DNA of 32,000 bases from an uncultured Chloroflexia bacterium (GTDB lineage: Bacteria > Chloroflexota > Ktedonobacteria > Ktedonobacterales > JADMIN01). Where the stretch lies: NCBI GenBank assembly GCA_963718915.1, contig CAVRAI010000006.1, positions 150,001 through 182,000 on the forward strand, given 5' to 3'. Below, piece after piece: positions 31,147 through 32,000 of this stretch (position 1 is the first letter of the stretch; every line of letters begins with the position of its first letter). The notes beneath the pieces are model-generated. The model did not search any database. It had not been told where the DNA came from and was given only the letters and a program-made list of their open reading frames with translations. The position numbers and the translations under genes are program-made.

Positions 31147-32000
31147 GTGACAGGTCGCCTTTTTGGCCAGCGCGGTCCTCGAATTGGAACGTTCCTGCTT
31201 GCGTTCCTGGTGGCATCTTCATTGCTCCTCTCCGCCTGTAACAGCGGCGCGAAGAACGTGGCGCATCGCAACTACATCACCGTGGTCGCGAATGCATCCG
31301 GCGATTATACCCAGAACTTCAACCCGTATAACACGTCGAATCTGACGACATCGCAGGGCGTCATCTATGAAACGCTACTCTTCTTCAATCGTGGTGACGA
31401 GAGCATTACGCCGTGGCTCGCTTCGAGCTATCAGTATTCGAGCGATCTGAGCCAGATCACGTTTACGATCCGCCCCAATGTGAAGTGGTCAGATGGCCAG
31501 CCGTTCTCCAGCGAGGATGTGGCGTTCACGCTCAATGAGCTGAAGCAGTATCCGGCGATGGATATCAATGGCCTCTGGAATGAGATCACCAGCGTCACCG
31601 CCCCCGATCCCTCAACTGTTATCGTGAAGCTGAATGCGCCCTTCACGCCGCTGTTGTGGTACCTGGGTGGTCAGACATACATCCTGCCCAAGCATATCTG
31701 GGCGAGCGTCGGTGATGGCAGCAAGTATGCGGACCCGAACCCTGTCGGCACAGGACCATACGTGGTGAAGTCATTCACGCCACAACTCGTCACGCTGGCG
31801 AAGAATCCGAGCTTCTGGCAGGCCGATAAGGTGCAGGTGCAGGAGGTACGCTATCCCGCCTTCGACTCGAATACCAGCGCGGAGCTGGCGATGGATCAGG
31901 GTACGGTGGACTGGGCGGGCATCTACACCGCCGACATCCAGAAGACGTACGTTAATCGCGATCCAGCGCACAACCACTACTGGTTCCCTCCGAGCGACAT
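31147..32000 (+). CDS. ABC transporter substrate-binding lipoprotein, family 5 (Opp/Dpp/oligosaccharide type); 3' end beyond window
   Basis: Not in the ORF track because it is open-ended. The GTG at 31147 lies 6 nt after GGAGG. Signal peptide with lipobox (LLLSAC). Reads ...NFNPYNTSNLTTSQGVIYETLLFFNR...ITFTIRPNVKWSDGQPFSSEDVAFT...PVGTGPYVVKSF, typical of SBP_bac_5. Confidence 0.85.
   Translation, partial: MTGRLFGQRGPRIGTFLLAFLVASSLLLSACNSGAKNVAHRNYITVVANASGDYTQNFNPYNTSNLTTSQGVIYETLLFFNRGDESITPWLASSYQYSSDLSQITFTIRPNVKWSDGQPFSSEDVAFTLNELKQYPAMDINGLWNEITSVTAPDPSTVIVKLNAPFTPLLWYLGGQTYILPKHIWASVGDGSKYADPNPVGTGPYVVKSFTPQLVTLAKNPSFWQADKVQVQEVRYPAFDSNTSAELAMDQGTVDWAGIYTADIQKTYVNRDPAHNHYWFPPSD

Overview
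High-GC bacterial chromosomal window (43/60 GC in a sampled coding line). It holds two catabolic gene blocks separated by a small mobile/accessory patch. All calls rest on my own reading of the sequence and on motif recognition; no database search was possible.

(1) Minus-strand block, 1883-11791: an IclR regulator, two acyl-CoA dehydrogenases, a five-gene Liv-type ABC importer (LivF, LivG, LivH, LivM and a lipoprotein binding protein) and an SDR. The livG-like gene has its coupled start codon in a different frame from its ATPase domain.

(2) Accessory patch, about 11948-14455: a remnant end of an IS5-family element, a conspicuously low-GC HAD phosphatase gene, a DUF4190-like membrane protein, and a complete roughly 0.82-kb IS5-family element. 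The transposase of that element carries the expected A7 slippery site plus one extra frameshift.

(3) Plus-strand block, 14672-29744: a large SARP(BTAD)-ATPase-TPR regulator, an aromatic-type aldehyde dehydrogenase, a sugar-type (CUT2) ABC importer, a two-subunit CoA-transferase, and pcaH, pcaG, pcaB, pcaD and pcaC. This is a protocatechuate / beta-ketoadipate pathway operon with no thiolase in the window.

(4) A LacI-family regulator and the start of a family-5 solute-binding protein. The left edge carries a truncated GT4 glycosyltransferase.

No rRNA, tRNA or CRISPR array was seen. The most unusual non-coding signal is a family of structured intergenic repeats (4-5 copies) with a conserved 9-bp-stem hairpin. 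Both IS ends appear to have inserted at termini of this repeat. I do not see a clear-cut novel multi-gene system such as a defence island. The best novelty candidates are the repeat family, the sugar-type transporter and SARP/STAND regulator attached to the pca operon, and a 4x 12-bp repeat array in the leader of the LacI-family gene.
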